Shown here piece by piece: positions 32,521-44,880 of a DNA stretch of 64,000 nt; within the stretch, counting starts at the first letter, position 1; every line of letters begins with the position of its first letter. Position numbers and translations under genes: made by a program. The notes under the pieces were generated by a model. That model had not been told where the DNA came from and did not search any database. It saw nothing but the letters and a program-made list of their open reading frames with translations. Location of the stretch: the sequence record MW879344.1; one strand, written 5' to 3'.

Positions 32521-33222
32521 ATGTACATTCCACCTATCGTTAATAAGTACACGTATGTTGGTTACAATCGAATCGAAGGCGGCTCAGAAGGCCGCCTTTA
32601 TTCTACCCCAAGTGGTAACCTACCATCCGTGACTACAATTTTAAGTGCCACTTCTGATAATGAAGGATTGAAGAAATGGCGTGAATTTGTTGGAGAAGAC
32701 AAAGCTAATGCAATAACTTTGGAAGCTACAACAGTCGGTACGTTCATGCATGAAAATCTAGAACGAAGACTCGTTGGAGATCAAGATCATCTTGGTGGTA
32801 TGCCAATTCGGGTACTAGCAAGGAATATGGCTGATTGTATTCAACAAAATGCTTGGCCTAAGATCAATGAAGTATGGGGTCAAGAAGTTCCATTGTTTTA
32901 CGAAGGATTATGGGCTGGTACTACTGACTTAGTTGGTATACATGATGGCCTACCCGCAATAATGGATTATAAAAATTCACGAAAACCCAAAACATGGGAA
33001 TACATCGAAAATTATCGTCTTCAACTCGCAGCTTATGCACTAGCACATAACGCAATGTTCGGTACGGATATTAACCGTGGCGTAATCTTTATTTGTGTGC
33101 GTAAAGACCCTGCAAATCTTCAATACCAAGAATTTGTTGTTGAAGGTGCTGATTTTGAAGAAGCTAAACGTATGTGGATTGAAAGAGTAGAGCAATTTTA
33201 TGCTCAACGTGGAGAAATGTAA
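32521..33222 (+). CDS. PD-(D/E)XK exonuclease (Cas4/lambda-exo/MGME1-like)
   Basis: PSVTTIL, GTFMH, AGTTD, IMDYK, QLAAYA. Confidence 0.9.
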   Translation: MYIPPIVNKYTYVGYNRIEGGSEGRLYSTPSGNLPSVTTILSATSDNEGLKKWREFVGEDKANAITLEATTVGTFMHENLERRLVGDQDHLGGMPIRVLARNMADCIQQNAWPKINEVWGQEVPLFYEGLWAGTTDLVGIHDGLPAIMDYKNSRKPKTWEYIENYRLQLAAYALAHNAMFGTDINRGVIFICVRKDPANLQYQEFVVEGADFEEAKRMWIERVEQFYAQRGEM

Positions 33223-33226
33223 AAAA

Positions 33227-33781
33227 ATGGGAACAAGAGCAATGAAACAAGATTTATTCGCAATTAAAGCAGTAAAAGCTAAAGGCTATGATATTCAAGA
33301 ATTAATTCTTCGTTCAGATGAAGAACTAGATGAATTACAACTACCTGTTAAGCTTATTCAGGCAGTAAAAGAATATAAACAACGTGGTGGAAAATCTGCA
33401 CAAGAAATTGCAGAAGAAATTGCAGAAATTATGGTTCAGGAAAGTCCAGAAGTTGACCAAAGCACTTCTGTTGATGATGCAGTAACAGCATATAAAACTA
33501 ATACTGATGAACAGCAAGCTATCATTGAAGAAATTCAAAGTACTGTAGTTATTCCTGAAGATGAAGTTGAAGTTGTAAGAATCGAAAGTGCACAAGAAGA
33601 TGTTGATGTAATCAACACCGCACTAAAAGAGAAAGAGTTTAAATCTTTCGCTCCTTATCTAAAGCATTTGAAATCTGCTGTTCCAGCACAAATCCTTTCA
33701 TCTGTTGATGGTACAAAAGTAAATGAGTTGATCGAAAAACGTATTTCCGAGATCAAAGCAAAGGACGAAAGTACTAAATAA
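33227..33781 (+). CDS. hypothetical acidic protein
   Basis: Intact ORF; start uncertain (33227 or 33242). Confidence 0.6.
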   Translation: MGTRAMKQDLFAIKAVKAKGYDIQELILRSDEELDELQLPVKLIQAVKEYKQRGGKSAQEIAEEIAEIMVQESPEVDQSTSVDDAVTAYKTNTDEQQAIIEEIQSTVVIPEDEVEVVRIESAQEDVDVINTALKEKEFKSFAPYLKHLKSAVPAQILSSVDGTKVNELIEKRISEIKAKDESTK

Positions 33782-33809
33782 TTCTATACTTTAATAGGAG
33801 ATTTTAGTT

Positions 33810-34388
33810 ATGGCTCAAAAAGAAATTTCATTGATGCAAGTACGTATGGGTAAACAACGCGATTTACCACTTGCACTTGAAAAAGGACAACTAGGATTAA
33901 GTACTGATGTTGGACGTATGTTCATCGGTCTTCCAAGTTCTTCAGACCCAGCATCAATTGTTGCGGGACGAACTTGGGAAAATGCACCTAATTCTGGAAA
34001 AGAGAATATAGAAATAATTACTGAATTTACCCCTTGGTCTATAATTAATAATATTGTTAATAGACCTTACAAAACTACAGTACCTGCAAATGGTTCAGTT
34101 ACGGTAAATGTTCAAAGTACATCAAGAGTATTTTTAGAATATATAGCGTATAGTAATGCTACAGGAAGTACATTACTAGAATCCGGTGCAGTTCAAATGG
34201 TAGTTCAAGGAAGCACAGTACTTCTTTCTCAACAAAATAATACGAATCAACCTGATGGATTAGTTGTAGTAGAATATGAAGATCCATCATATGATTCAGG
34301 TACACAAAGAATGTCAATTACTTTATCCAATAATAGCAATGAAGCATTTACAGTTGAGTACATACTACGTGGGTGGGATGCTTTTTAA
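33810..34388 (+). CDS. virion structural protein with Mtd/hyaluronidase-N-like motif
   Basis: QVRMGKQRDLPLALEKGQLGLSTDVGRMFIG. Confidence 0.65.
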   Translation: MAQKEISLMQVRMGKQRDLPLALEKGQLGLSTDVGRMFIGLPSSSDPASIVAGRTWENAPNSGKENIEIITEFTPWSIINNIVNRPYKTTVPANGSVTVNVQSTSRVFLEYIAYSNATGSTLLESGAVQMVVQGSTVLLSQQNNTNQPDGLVVVEYEDPSYDSGTQRMSITLSNNSNEAFTVEYILRGWDAF

Positions 34389-34408
34389 AAAAGGCACCCG
34401 CCTTTTTT
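34387..34408. terminator. intrinsic (possibly bidirectional) terminator
   Basis: AAAAAAGGC-accc-GCCTTTTTT. Confidence 0.75.
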
Positions 34409-34468
34409 ACCCCCAATAAATAGTAAACTACAATTTTTAAGAAAAATAAACAACAACAAGGATGTACG

Positions 34469-36796
34469 ATGATAAACGTTACTAAACGTAATGGTGCAAA
34501 GGAAGCACTTGACTTAGATAAAATCCACCAGATTTTATTTTTTGCGTGTGAAGGTTTAACTGGTGTATCTGTTTCAGAAATTGAAATGAGATCACAACTT
34601 CAATTCTTTGAAGGTATCAGTACTAAAACTATTCATGACATTCTAATTAAAGCAGCTTCTGAATTAATTTCAGAAGAAACGCCTAATTATCAATATGTAG
34701 CAGGTCGGCTAATTAACTACTCTCTACGTAAACACGTATATGGTGATTACGAACCAATTGCTTTCCTAACACATGTTAACAAACTTGTCAATCTAGGTAA
34801 GTATGATGCTGAAATTTTAGTTAAGTACAGTACAAATGAACTAGAGGAACTTGGTAATTATATTAAGCATAAGCGTGATAATAGATTTACATTTGTTGCT
34901 ATGAAACAATGGGAAGGTAAGTATCTAGTTCAGAACCGTGCTAATAAAAAAACCAAAGCAGATGCACAAATTTATGAAACTCCACAAATGGCATATATGA
35001 TGATTGCAGCAACTATTTTTATGGAATATGCTGAAAATCGTATGCAATATGTTAAAAAGTTTTATGACGCAATTAGTAATTTTGATATTAGTTTACCAAC
35101 ACCAATTATGTCTGGACTACGAACTGCAACACGCCAATTTAGTTCTTGTGTAGTATTGAACGTTGGTGATAGTTTAGATAGTATTGGTGCAGGGAACCAA
35201 GCGATTCTAAAATATATTTCCAAGAAAGCTGGACTTGGTATTAACTATGGTAGAGTACGTGCTGAAGGATCTGAAATTCGTGGTGGTGATGCAGTACATA
35301 CTGGTTTGATTCCATTCTTATCAGCCGTTGCCAAAACTGTAAAATCATGCTCACAAGGTGGTGTACGTGGTGGTGCAGCAACTGTCCACTTCCCATTATG
35401 GCATTTAGAATTTGAAGATCTTGTAGTACTAAAGAATAACAAAGGTACTGAAACATCTCGTGTACGTCAATTAGACTATTGTTTCCAATTGAATAAAACT
35501 TTATATCAACGGTTGATTGAACGTAAGAATATTACTTTCTTCTCACCAAGCGATGTTCCAGGATTATATGATGCATTTTGTGCTGATCAAAAAGAATTTG
35601 AACGTTTATATGTAAAATATGAAAATGATCCAACGATTAGACAAAAAACGTTACCAGCATTAGAAGTATTCAGTGCATTGATGAATGAACGTGCAGAGAC
35701 TGGACGTATCTATATTCAGAATATCGACCTAACAAATGAACATTCTCCATTTGATGAAACTGTTGCACCAGTTGAACAAAGTAATTTATGTCAAGAAATT
35801 GCATTACCATCAATTCCATTTGATGATGTTAAAGATGATGAAAATGGTCTAATTAGTCTATGTACTTTATCTGCAATTAATTGGGGTAACTTTGATACAC
35901 CTGAAGAAATGGAAGAAGCGTGTGATTTATCTGTACGTGCATTAGATGCCCTACTAGACTATCAGGACTACCCTGTAATCCACGCAGAACGAGCAACACG
36001 CCTTTATAGACCACTAGGTGTAGGCATCATTAACCTAGCCTACTTCTTAGCTAAGCGTGGCTTACGATACGATGCAGACGCATTAGCTACAGTTAATGAA
36101 TGGACAGAAGCATGGTCATATTATTTGATTAAATCTTCAGTACAATTGGCTAAAGAAAAAGGTCGTTGTGAAGGATTTGAAAATCTAAAATATGCTAAAG
36201 GTATTTTACCAATCGATACTTATAAGAAAAGTATTGATGAATTGGTTGGTACAGAACTAAAGATGGATTGGGATGCTCTACGTGAAGAAATAGCCGTTCA
36301 TGGTATTCGTAATGCTACTACTATGGCCTTGATGCCAGCAGAAACATCTGCACAAATTAGTAATAGTACTAACGGAATTGAACCACCACGTAATCTAGTT
36401 TCAGTAAAAGCATCTAAGGATGGTATCTTAAAACAAGTTGTTCCAGAGATTGGTAAACTTAAAAATAAGTATACATTACTTTGGGAACAAGAAAGCAACA
36501 TCGGTTATCTAATGTTATGCGGTGTTATGCAAAAATATATTGATCAAAGTATAAGTGCTAATACTAGCTATAATCCAGAACATTTCCCTAATCAGAAATT
36601 GTCAATGGAAATCTTACTTCGTGATCTTATATTAGCGTACAAATACGGTGTCAAGAACTTATACTATATGAATACCAATGATGGTTCAGGTGAAGTTGAT
36701 CTTGATAAATTAGAAAACGATAAAAAAGAAAAAGGTATCGTAGTACTACTTCCACCAATGGAAGCAGATGATGATTGCGATAGCTGCAAGATTTAA
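34469..36796 (+). CDS. nrdA: ribonucleoside-diphosphate reductase class Ia alpha subunit with ATP cone
   Basis: INVTKRNG ATP cone, TPIMS, SSC, SNLCQEI, C-terminal CDSC. Confidence 0.98.
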   Translation: MINVTKRNGAKEALDLDKIHQILFFACEGLTGVSVSEIEMRSQLQFFEGISTKTIHDILIKAASELISEETPNYQYVAGRLINYSLRKHVYGDYEPIAFLTHVNKLVNLGKYDAEILVKYSTNELEELGNYIKHKRDNRFTFVAMKQWEGKYLVQNRANKKTKADAQIYETPQMAYMMIAATIFMEYAENRMQYVKKFYDAISNFDISLPTPIMSGLRTATRQFSSCVVLNVGDSLDSIGAGNQAILKYISKKAGLGINYGRVRAEGSEIRGGDAVHTGLIPFLSAVAKTVKSCSQGGVRGGAATVHFPLWHLEFEDLVVLKNNKGTETSRVRQLDYCFQLNKTLYQRLIERKNITFFSPSDVPGLYDAFCADQKEFERLYVKYENDPTIRQKTLPALEVFSALMNERAETGRIYIQNIDLTNEHSPFDETVAPVEQSNLCQEIALPSIPFDDVKDDENGLISLCTLSAINWGNFDTPEEMEEACDLSVRALDALLDYQDYPVIHAERATRLYRPLGVGIINLAYFLAKRGLRYDADALATVNEWTEAWSYYLIKSSVQLAKEKGRCEGFENLKYAKGILPIDTYKKSIDELVGTELKMDWDALREEIAVHGIRNATTMALMPAETSAQISNSTNGIEPPRNLVSVKASKDGILKQVVPEIGKLKNKYTLLWEQESNIGYLMLCGVMQKYIDQSISANTSYNPEHFPNQKLSMEILLRDLILAYKYGVKNLYYMNTNDGSGEVDLDKLENDKKEKGIVVLLPPMEADDDCDSCKI

Positions 36797-36805
36797 TATA
36801 AAATT

Positions 36806-36829
36806 ATCCCGTCTAGTACGGGATTTTTT
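36806..36829 (+). terminator. intrinsic terminator between nrdA and nrdB
   Basis: ATCCCGT-ctagt-ACGGGAT plus T5. Confidence 0.7.
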
Positions 36830-36856
36830 ATCAACAGAAAATGCCAAGGATGAAAT

Positions 36857-37981
36857 ATGTCAGTATTCCAAATTAATACAAAAAACCATTTAGAAAAGAA
36901 TATGTTTTTCGATGAATCCGTTGATATTCAGCGTTTCGAGTCGTTGAAATATCCGTCAATTGAAAAACTAACCGAGTCACAAAAAGGGTTCTTTTGGTCA
37001 CCAGATGAAGTTGATCTGTCAAAAGATCGCTTAGATTTTAAAACTTTATCGGATCATGAAAAACATATCTTCACGTCGAATCTAAAACGACAAATTCTTC
37101 TCGACTCAGTACAAGGTCGTGGTCCTAATCTAGTACTACTACCATATGCATCACTACCTGAACTAGAAAACTTTATTGAAACATGGTCATTCTTTGAAGG
37201 TGCTATTCATAGTAAATCTTATACTCATATTATTCGTAATGTGTACCCAAATCCATCTGAAGTATTTGATACTATGTTAGATATTCCAGAAATTACCAGT
37301 TGTGCAGCGGATATTTCTAAGTACTATGATGATTTGGATTTATACGGTACTTACTATCGTTTACTTGGTGTAGGTAATCATACAGTTAATGGTGAAGAAA
37401 TTATCATTGATTTGTATGAATTGAAGAAGAAGTTGTGGTTATGCTTAAATTCCATCAATATCTTAGAAGGTGTTCGTTTCTATGTTAGCTTCGTGTGTTC
37501 ATGGGCTTTCAGTGAAAATGAAAAAATGGAAGGTAATGGAAAGATCATTAAACTTATTTGCCGTGATGAGAACTTACACTTAGCAGCAACACAAATGATG
37601 TTACGCTTGCTAAAGAAAGAAGATCCTGATTTTGCACAAATTGCAGAAGAATGTCACGATGAAGTACAACAAATGTTCTTAGATGCTATTCAGCAAGAAG
37701 AAGAATGGGCAGACTTCTTATTCAAAGATGGTTCTATAATTGGACTAAACGCACCAATTCTAAAACAATATATTCGTTGGATTGGTTGTAAGAGAATGGG
37801 TGCTGTGGGTATTAAATGTCCGTACAGTATTGGTCAGAATAACCCACTACCTTGGACGACTAGTTGGATTAGTGGTGCAGATGTACAAGTAGCTCCACAA
37901 GAAACTGAAATTAGTTCATATATTATTGGTGGTGTAGTTAATGACATTTCAGAAGAATCTTTCAAAAATTTAGAATTATAA
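36857..37981 (+). CDS. nrdB: ribonucleoside-diphosphate reductase class Ia beta subunit
   Basis: FFWSPDEV, LDSVQ, EGAIHSKSY, EGVRFY, RDENLH, VAPQETE. Confidence 0.98.
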   Translation: MSVFQINTKNHLEKNMFFDESVDIQRFESLKYPSIEKLTESQKGFFWSPDEVDLSKDRLDFKTLSDHEKHIFTSNLKRQILLDSVQGRGPNLVLLPYASLPELENFIETWSFFEGAIHSKSYTHIIRNVYPNPSEVFDTMLDIPEITSCAADISKYYDDLDLYGTYYRLLGVGNHTVNGEEIIIDLYELKKKLWLCLNSINILEGVRFYVSFVCSWAFSENEKMEGNGKIIKLICRDENLHLAATQMMLRLLKKEDPDFAQIAEECHDEVQQMFLDAIQQEEEWADFLFKDGSIIGLNAPILKQYIRWIGCKRMGAVGIKCPYSIGQNNPLPWTTSWISGADVQVAPQETEISSYIIGGVVNDISEESFKNLEL

Positions 37982-37987
37982 TATAAC

Positions 37988-38011
37988 AAGGACGCTTAGG
38001 CGTCCTTATTT
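37988..38011 (+). terminator. intrinsic terminator (AAGGACGC family)
   Basis: AAGGACGC-ttag-GCGTCCTT-attt. Confidence 0.75.
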
Positions 38012-38024
38012 GTGGAGAATGATA

Positions 38025-38231
38025 ATGGCATTTCAAAGTAATGATATATTCACATTTGATCCAGCATGGATATATAAATTTACATTAATGGGTGGATTAC
38101 AAATTACCGGTACTATAATTAGACCTTTTGATAATGGGATAGTACTAAACGATGGCACCCATATCCCAACGGATAAGATAGTATGCTTTATACCAATATC
38201 TATTATAAAAGAAAATGAAACACCAGAATAA
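38025..38231 (+). CDS. small hypothetical protein (Sm/Hfq-like beta pattern possible)
   Basis: GGAG SD; KFTLMGGLQITGTIIRPFDNGIVL. Confidence 0.5.
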   Translation: MAFQSNDIFTFDPAWIYKFTLMGGLQITGTIIRPFDNGIVLNDGTHIPTDKIVCFIPISIIKENETPE

Positions 38232-38244
38232 TTTCTGGTATAAT
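38216..38244 (+). promoter_or_regulatory. middle-type promoter TGAAAC-N17-TATAAT
   Basis: Exact spacing, TCTGG before the -10. Confidence 0.8.
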
Positions 38245-38272
38245 AATCTTGTAAATTGAAAAGGAAAACGAT

Positions 38273-38506
38273 ATGAACAACAATGAACTAAATGATATGG
38301 TAGAGAAAAATATTGATGCAGCAGAAGATGAAATCGGTTACGAAATGACTGAAGCTGACCTAGAATATACTCGCAAAATGATCGCACGTCTTTCTGGTTA
38401 TTACATGCGTAAAGATGAAGATTTAGCTAAAAAACGTAAAGTTAAACAACAACGCCGTGCTGCAAATAAAGTTGCTCGTAAGTCACGCCGTACAAATCGT
38501 AAGTAA
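38273..38506 (+). CDS. hypothetical protein, acidic N-terminus and very basic C-terminus
   Basis: KKRKVKQQRRAANKVARKSRRTNRK tail. Confidence 0.7.
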   Translation: MNNNELNDMVEKNIDAAEDEIGYEMTEADLEYTRKMIARLSGYYMRKDEDLAKKRKVKQQRRAANKVARKSRRTNRK

Positions 38507-38515
38507 GAGGGAATT

Positions 38516-38893
38516 ATGCAGTATACTTTTGATAAAGTCAAAGAAAATTATCCTAAACGTGCGTATCGTAGTAAGCGTACACTAAAGAAATTACATCTTC
38601 AAGAATTTGGAGTTGTACTTGCAAGTATTGTTATTAACGCATCTGTATTTGATTCACAGTACTGTGATACCTTACTAGATGCTATGTATGAACATGATGA
38701 TGGTATTTTTGTTTGTGGTGGAAAAGATACTACAACAGTTTTAGTGGAAATCCCTGTTGGAGATTTTTCTATTGATTATGTCAAGAACTACTGCCATAAA
38801 TTATTACTAGATCTATCTGAGATTGATTTAAGCTTTGCAGAAATTGAAAACATCACTGTTCAATACGGTGATGCATATTATGGAGAATGGTAA
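38516..38893 (+). CDS. YggL/DUF469-like protein
   Basis: RSKRTLKKLHLQEF matches YggL RSRRLRKKMHIDEF; C-terminal DAYY resembles DVWW. Confidence 0.65.
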   Translation: MQYTFDKVKENYPKRAYRSKRTLKKLHLQEFGVVLASIVINASVFDSQYCDTLLDAMYEHDDGIFVCGGKDTTTVLVEIPVGDFSIDYVKNYCHKLLLDLSEIDLSFAEIENITVQYGDAYYGEW

Positions 38894-39597
38894 TGGGAAA
38901 CACCGTAGAACAATATAATCAAGTAGTTGAATTCATGAACGTAGGTTCACAAGAAGTGAATACTGAATTTAAATATCCTTCTTGGAAAACTGGCCTTTTT
39001 CGGTTAAGACTAATTAATGAAGAATTAAATGGAAATAACGAACTAATTGATTCATTAATGAAAGATAGCCCACTTGGTGTTCTTGATGGTATTTGTGATG
39101 TATTGTACGTGGTATATGGTGCATACGCAACATTCGGTCTAGAGCCTATTCGTTGGAATTTACCAAGCGGTGACAAAACAGTAAATCCAGTACTACCTAT
39201 GCAGCGTTCTATTTTACATTCTAAACATCTTAATGGTGCATATGAACGTCTAGTTCGTGGACTAGAGTTAGGCGATCAACCAACAATCGTCAGTGCACTT
39301 CGTGATATTATTGATAATATTATTGATTTATCTGTTGATTGTGGATTTGATGTTTCTGGTGCATTTACTGAAGTACATGAATCGAATATGAGTAAATTTT
39401 GTAAAACTCATGAAGATGCACAGAAAAGTATTGAAATGCGTTTAGAACAAGGTAAATTTGAAGATTACACTGGTGCTACAATTCAAGAAGTACATGTAGG
39501 TGATAATACTTATTACATTATTAAACGACGAAATGATGGTAAGATTTTGAAAGGTATGTCGTTCTACGAACCTGACCTATCTAAATTTATTCCATAA
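38893..39597 (+). CDS. MazG/PRA-PH-like all-alpha NTP pyrophosphohydrolase
   Basis: RLRLINEEL, LDGICDVLYVVYG, AFTEVHESNMSK, GKILKG. Confidence 0.88.
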   Translation: MGNTVEQYNQVVEFMNVGSQEVNTEFKYPSWKTGLFRLRLINEELNGNNELIDSLMKDSPLGVLDGICDVLYVVYGAYATFGLEPIRWNLPSGDKTVNPVLPMQRSILHSKHLNGAYERLVRGLELGDQPTIVSALRDIIDNIIDLSVDCGFDVSGAFTEVHESNMSKFCKTHEDAQKSIEMRLEQGKFEDYTGATIQEVHVGDNTYYIIKRRNDGKILKGMSFYEPDLSKFIP

Positions 39598-39624
39598 AAA
39601 AAGGGAGCGAAGGCTCCCTTTCTT
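39596..39624. terminator. bidirectional terminator between convergent genes
   Basis: A-tract-GGGAGC-gaag-GCTCCC-TTT. Confidence 0.85.
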
Positions 39625-40279
39625 ATTTTACAAGTGGTTGAATACTTGAAATATATGGTCTTAGACCATTGACTAGATTTTGAACTTGAAGGTTATCGTA
39701 TTCTGAGCTTAATGTTATCATGACATATCCCACTACACCAACGTCGATATTTTGAACTATGGGAATAGATATGACACTTTTATATTTAGAACCAATTTTC
39801 TTATACTTTTCACATGAATACATTTGACTTGTATCAAATTTATTCTCACATAAAAGTTGAATTGTGGCGATGTTATCGTAATGTACGTTATTCAAAAGAA
39901 TTTCTTGAACATTGTTAGTACTATCTACCATAGAAACCGTCTTGTTGTCGTTAGGTATTATAGTGCCATCTTTTGTCTCAGAAGTTACATTGATTTGACC
40001 AGTGTACATAGAATTACTACCATCCGATACAAATTTATACAGTACAGCGGAAGTTATATCAGGGTGATTCATTATCATTTTCCTGAATTCTATATTAATG
40101 TTGTCTACATTTTGTTGCTTTATATTATAGACATTATTCACTATAAGAGGAAAAACCTCTTTCTTTGCTGAGACTTGTATATTATTTACATTGAGTAGCA
40201 CGAATAATCCAAGTACGAAACACGCGACAATAGTAAGAAGTCTACATAATATAGTAAGCTTTTCTTTACGATTAAACAT
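39623..40279 (-). CDS. T4 holin T-like membrane protein, paralog B (218 aa)
   Basis: Start at ATG 40279 behind AGGAG; single N-terminal TM, then SAVLYKF and VISIPI..VGYVMI as in the T periplasmic GAF-like domain. Confidence 0.6.
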   Translation of the reverse strand: MFNRKEKLTILCRLLTIVACFVLGLFVLLNVNNIQVSAKKEVFPLIVNNVYNIKQQNVDNINIEFRKMIMNHPDITSAVLYKFVSDGSNSMYTGQINVTSETKDGTIIPNDNKTVSMVDSTNNVQEILLNNVHYDNIATIQLLCENKFDTSQMYSCEKYKKIGSKYKSVISIPIVQNIDVGVVGYVMITLSSEYDNLQVQNLVNGLRPYISSIQPLVK

Positions 40280-40289
40280 GTTATTCTCC

Positions 40290-41033
<744 letters not shown>

Positions 41034-41077
41034 TTATATACATATTTACCATGAGTATGGTAAAAACAGTAAAAAAC

Positions 41078-41106
41078 TGAAACGGAGAACAACAATATGG
41101 TATAAT
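41078..41106 (+). promoter_or_regulatory. middle-type promoter TGAAAC-N17-TATAAT
   Basis: Heads the frd-rnhA-dda operon. Confidence 0.82.
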
Positions 41107-41135
41107 GTTTACAACACACCTTATAAGAGTCCCAT

Positions 41136-42473
<1,338 letters not shown>

Positions 42474-42477
<4 letters not shown>

Positions 42478-43814
42478 GTATTACGCTTACGGACAAGCAA
42501 CAATATATTTTTGATGACATTATTGACAGAATCAACAACTTCCCTGGTCGAACTGAGGCTGTAATTGTTGGTTATGCAGGAACTGGTAAAAGTACTTTAG
42601 TTTCTAAAATTATTGAGAATATATATCAGGGATATAATATAGCAGTAACTTCACCAACACATAAAGCAAACTCAGTACTTCGTAATATGTTACGAGATGT
42701 TGGATTAGATAAAGATGATGCATTAGTAAGTACAATTCACTCTTTTTTAGGATTGAAATTGGTCTATGAAAAAAATCGTCAAGTTCTTAAACATGATCCA
42801 CGTTCAGCTAATAGTACTGCTATGGTTGATGTTCTATTTGTTGATGAATGTAGTATGATTTCGGAAGAAATGTATAATCACATTCTTAGTCAGATTCATA
42901 GGGTTCGTCGTGCAGTTATTTTTATTGGTGACTCATGTCAGCTACCACCAGTGGAAGCCGAAGGAACACTTGGTGAAACAAAACTTAGTCCAACTTTTGA
43001 TATTAAATTAAAGTATGAACTAACCGAAGTATTACGTCAAGCACTAGACAATCCTATTATCAATATTGCAACACAAATTCGTGAATGTATTGGTACAAAT
43101 AGAGATCCTTTACTTATTCTAAATCAACTAGAGGGTTTAGAAACAATTCATCCAATCGAGGATGAAATGGAATTTTTAGACATATATAAGATGTACATTA
43201 ATGAACATCGCGGATCAGCTAATAAAATATATGACTTTGTTCAAGAAAATAAAATTATTGCATATACAAATTATCGTGTAAACTTTGCTAATATGTATAT
43301 TCGCAATGAAGTATTTCCAGAGCATACTAATTCTGAATTTATTAGTGGTGAGCCAATTGTTTTTGAAACAACAACAGAAAACTGTCCATACATGGTTCAG
43401 CAAGTAATTCAATGTCCTGAGATTCGGGCGGAATCATTTTTGGGTATTGATTGCTGGCAATTCAAATTACCAAATGGAAGTTATATTTCAGGAGTAGGTC
43501 CATATTCTAGATTAAAATTGGAAGCACATCTTGAAGATTTAGTTGACAAGATTGAACGTAAAGTTGAAAATCCGTTAACTAAAAAGCCTTTTATGTGGCA
43601 AGATTATTATGTTATTAAAAATAAGATGAACGTAATAAACTATCCATATGCTACAACTGCTCATAAGTCTCAGGGAAGTACTTTTAATAATATTTGGTTT
43701 GATACTGACTTCATTGAGAGAATCCCAAATAATGATACAAAGTGTCGAATATTGTATACAGCATTGACACGCCCTCGGTATCATGTTATGTTGAGGAAAA
43801 ACGGAAGGTTCTAA
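42474..43814 (+). CDS. dda: Dda-like SF1B DNA helicase
   Basis: GYAGTGKS, SPTHKA, VDECSM, GDSCQLPPV, LTEVLRQ, TAHKSQGST, YTALTR. Confidence 0.93.
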
Positions 43815-44011
43815 TGAAAGAAGAATATTCACATGAATCACATCAATTCGTGTTTAGCAGGACATTGGGTAAGCAGTACTGTGTAAAATGTGGTTTGATT
43901 GCATTGAACAATGGTTTATCTCAATGGGCGGTTGAAAAAGGGTGCTTAAATGAATTACACCCTTCATTTAAATCAACTAGAGCTAAGTTCACGAATAAAT
44001 TTATTTTTTGA
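43814..44011 (+). CDS. small Cys/His hypothetical protein
   Basis: Start at ATG 43814 overlapping the dda stop; H..CVKCG..C. Confidence 0.6.
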   Translation: MKEEYSHESHQFVFSRTLGKQYCVKCGLIALNNGLSQWAVEKGCLNELHPSFKSTRAKFTNKFIF

Positions 44012-44048
44012 CCATAAATAATATAAAGTTCTTTTATGGAGACTAATA

Positions 44049-44591
44049 ATGAACAATTTATTCAACGCTTTTAGTATTAAAGTACCAGGTCAAGCACTAG
44101 ATGATAAAAAATTCTTCCAGTACTCTGACTATGTAAATACCAGCACAACTGTTCCTACTGATGCACAAACATTGGAAAAAGCAATTGCGTATGTTAGACT
44201 TAAACAAGTTGAACGTAAACTAAGTGAACTTTCAGTTCCAGTTTACTTCACTATCAATTTTAGTACTGCGGGAACTGCAAGTGCTGTACCAACTGACGCA
44301 GAATTGGTTGTTGGCTATATCAGTATCGAACCATTCCTAAGTACATTAGAGACATATCCAGATGAAGCAGATCGCTTTACTGCTGCTGCTGAAGTCATTA
44401 AAACTATTATTGATAAAGCTCTTTCTGAAGAAATCAAAGATGAATTCTTTGAAGTACAGAAAACTTACACTCGTCACCAATACCCTGGTGCAACTACTAC
44501 TGATACATATCGTGAATTGGAAACAATTTTTGTAACTGTTCCAGATTCTGGTGAAGTTAGTACAGTAGTACACATTGAAATTAAAGCATAA
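44049..44591 (+). CDS. putative virion protein
   Basis: ATAAATA at 44014-44020; GGAG SD; T/A/V-rich. Confidence 0.55.
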   Translation: MNNLFNAFSIKVPGQALDDKKFFQYSDYVNTSTTVPTDAQTLEKAIAYVRLKQVERKLSELSVPVYFTINFSTAGTASAVPTDAELVVGYISIEPFLSTLETYPDEADRFTAAAEVIKTIIDKALSEEIKDEFFEVQKTYTRHQYPGATTTDTYRELETIFVTVPDSGEVSTVVHIEIKA

Positions 44592-44612
44592 AAACAACAA
44601 AATGGAGTTGAC

Positions 44613-44807
44613 ATGGATAGCAAAAAGTTTTATGATATGGTTCTTGAGGACGTAATGGCTTTTGACAAAGTACTTTTCGACCTAGAACAAATGTCTAATA
44701 ATGCTCCAAACCCACGTATTCGTACAGTGGCTGATGTAGCAATCTTGCACGTTAAATTGGCACGTGAAATCAGCCAAGCCCTTAAAGATGCACACGATGG
44801 TAAGTAA
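44613..44807 (+). CDS. hypothetical protein
   Basis: 64-aa ORF with GGAG SD. Confidence 0.6.
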   Translation: MDSKKFYDMVLEDVMAFDKVLFDLEQMSNNAPNPRIRTVADVAILHVKLAREISQALKDAHDGK

Positions 44808-44814
44808 AAAGTCC

Positions 44815-44842
44815 TTGACTTTTACGAAATTCGTGTTATAAT
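44815..44842 (+). promoter_or_regulatory. sigma70-like promoter (TTGACT-N16-TATAAT, extended -10)
   Basis: Upstream of the IF3 gene. Confidence 0.65.
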
Positions 44843-44880
44843 CTTATTTGAAAATAATTATTCGGAGTTATAAAATATAT

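Noticed and set aside
32521-33222. Cas4 as evidence of a CRISPR system
   Set aside because: It lacks the Fe-S cysteine cluster and any cas neighbours; it is a common phage PD-(D/E)XK exonuclease.
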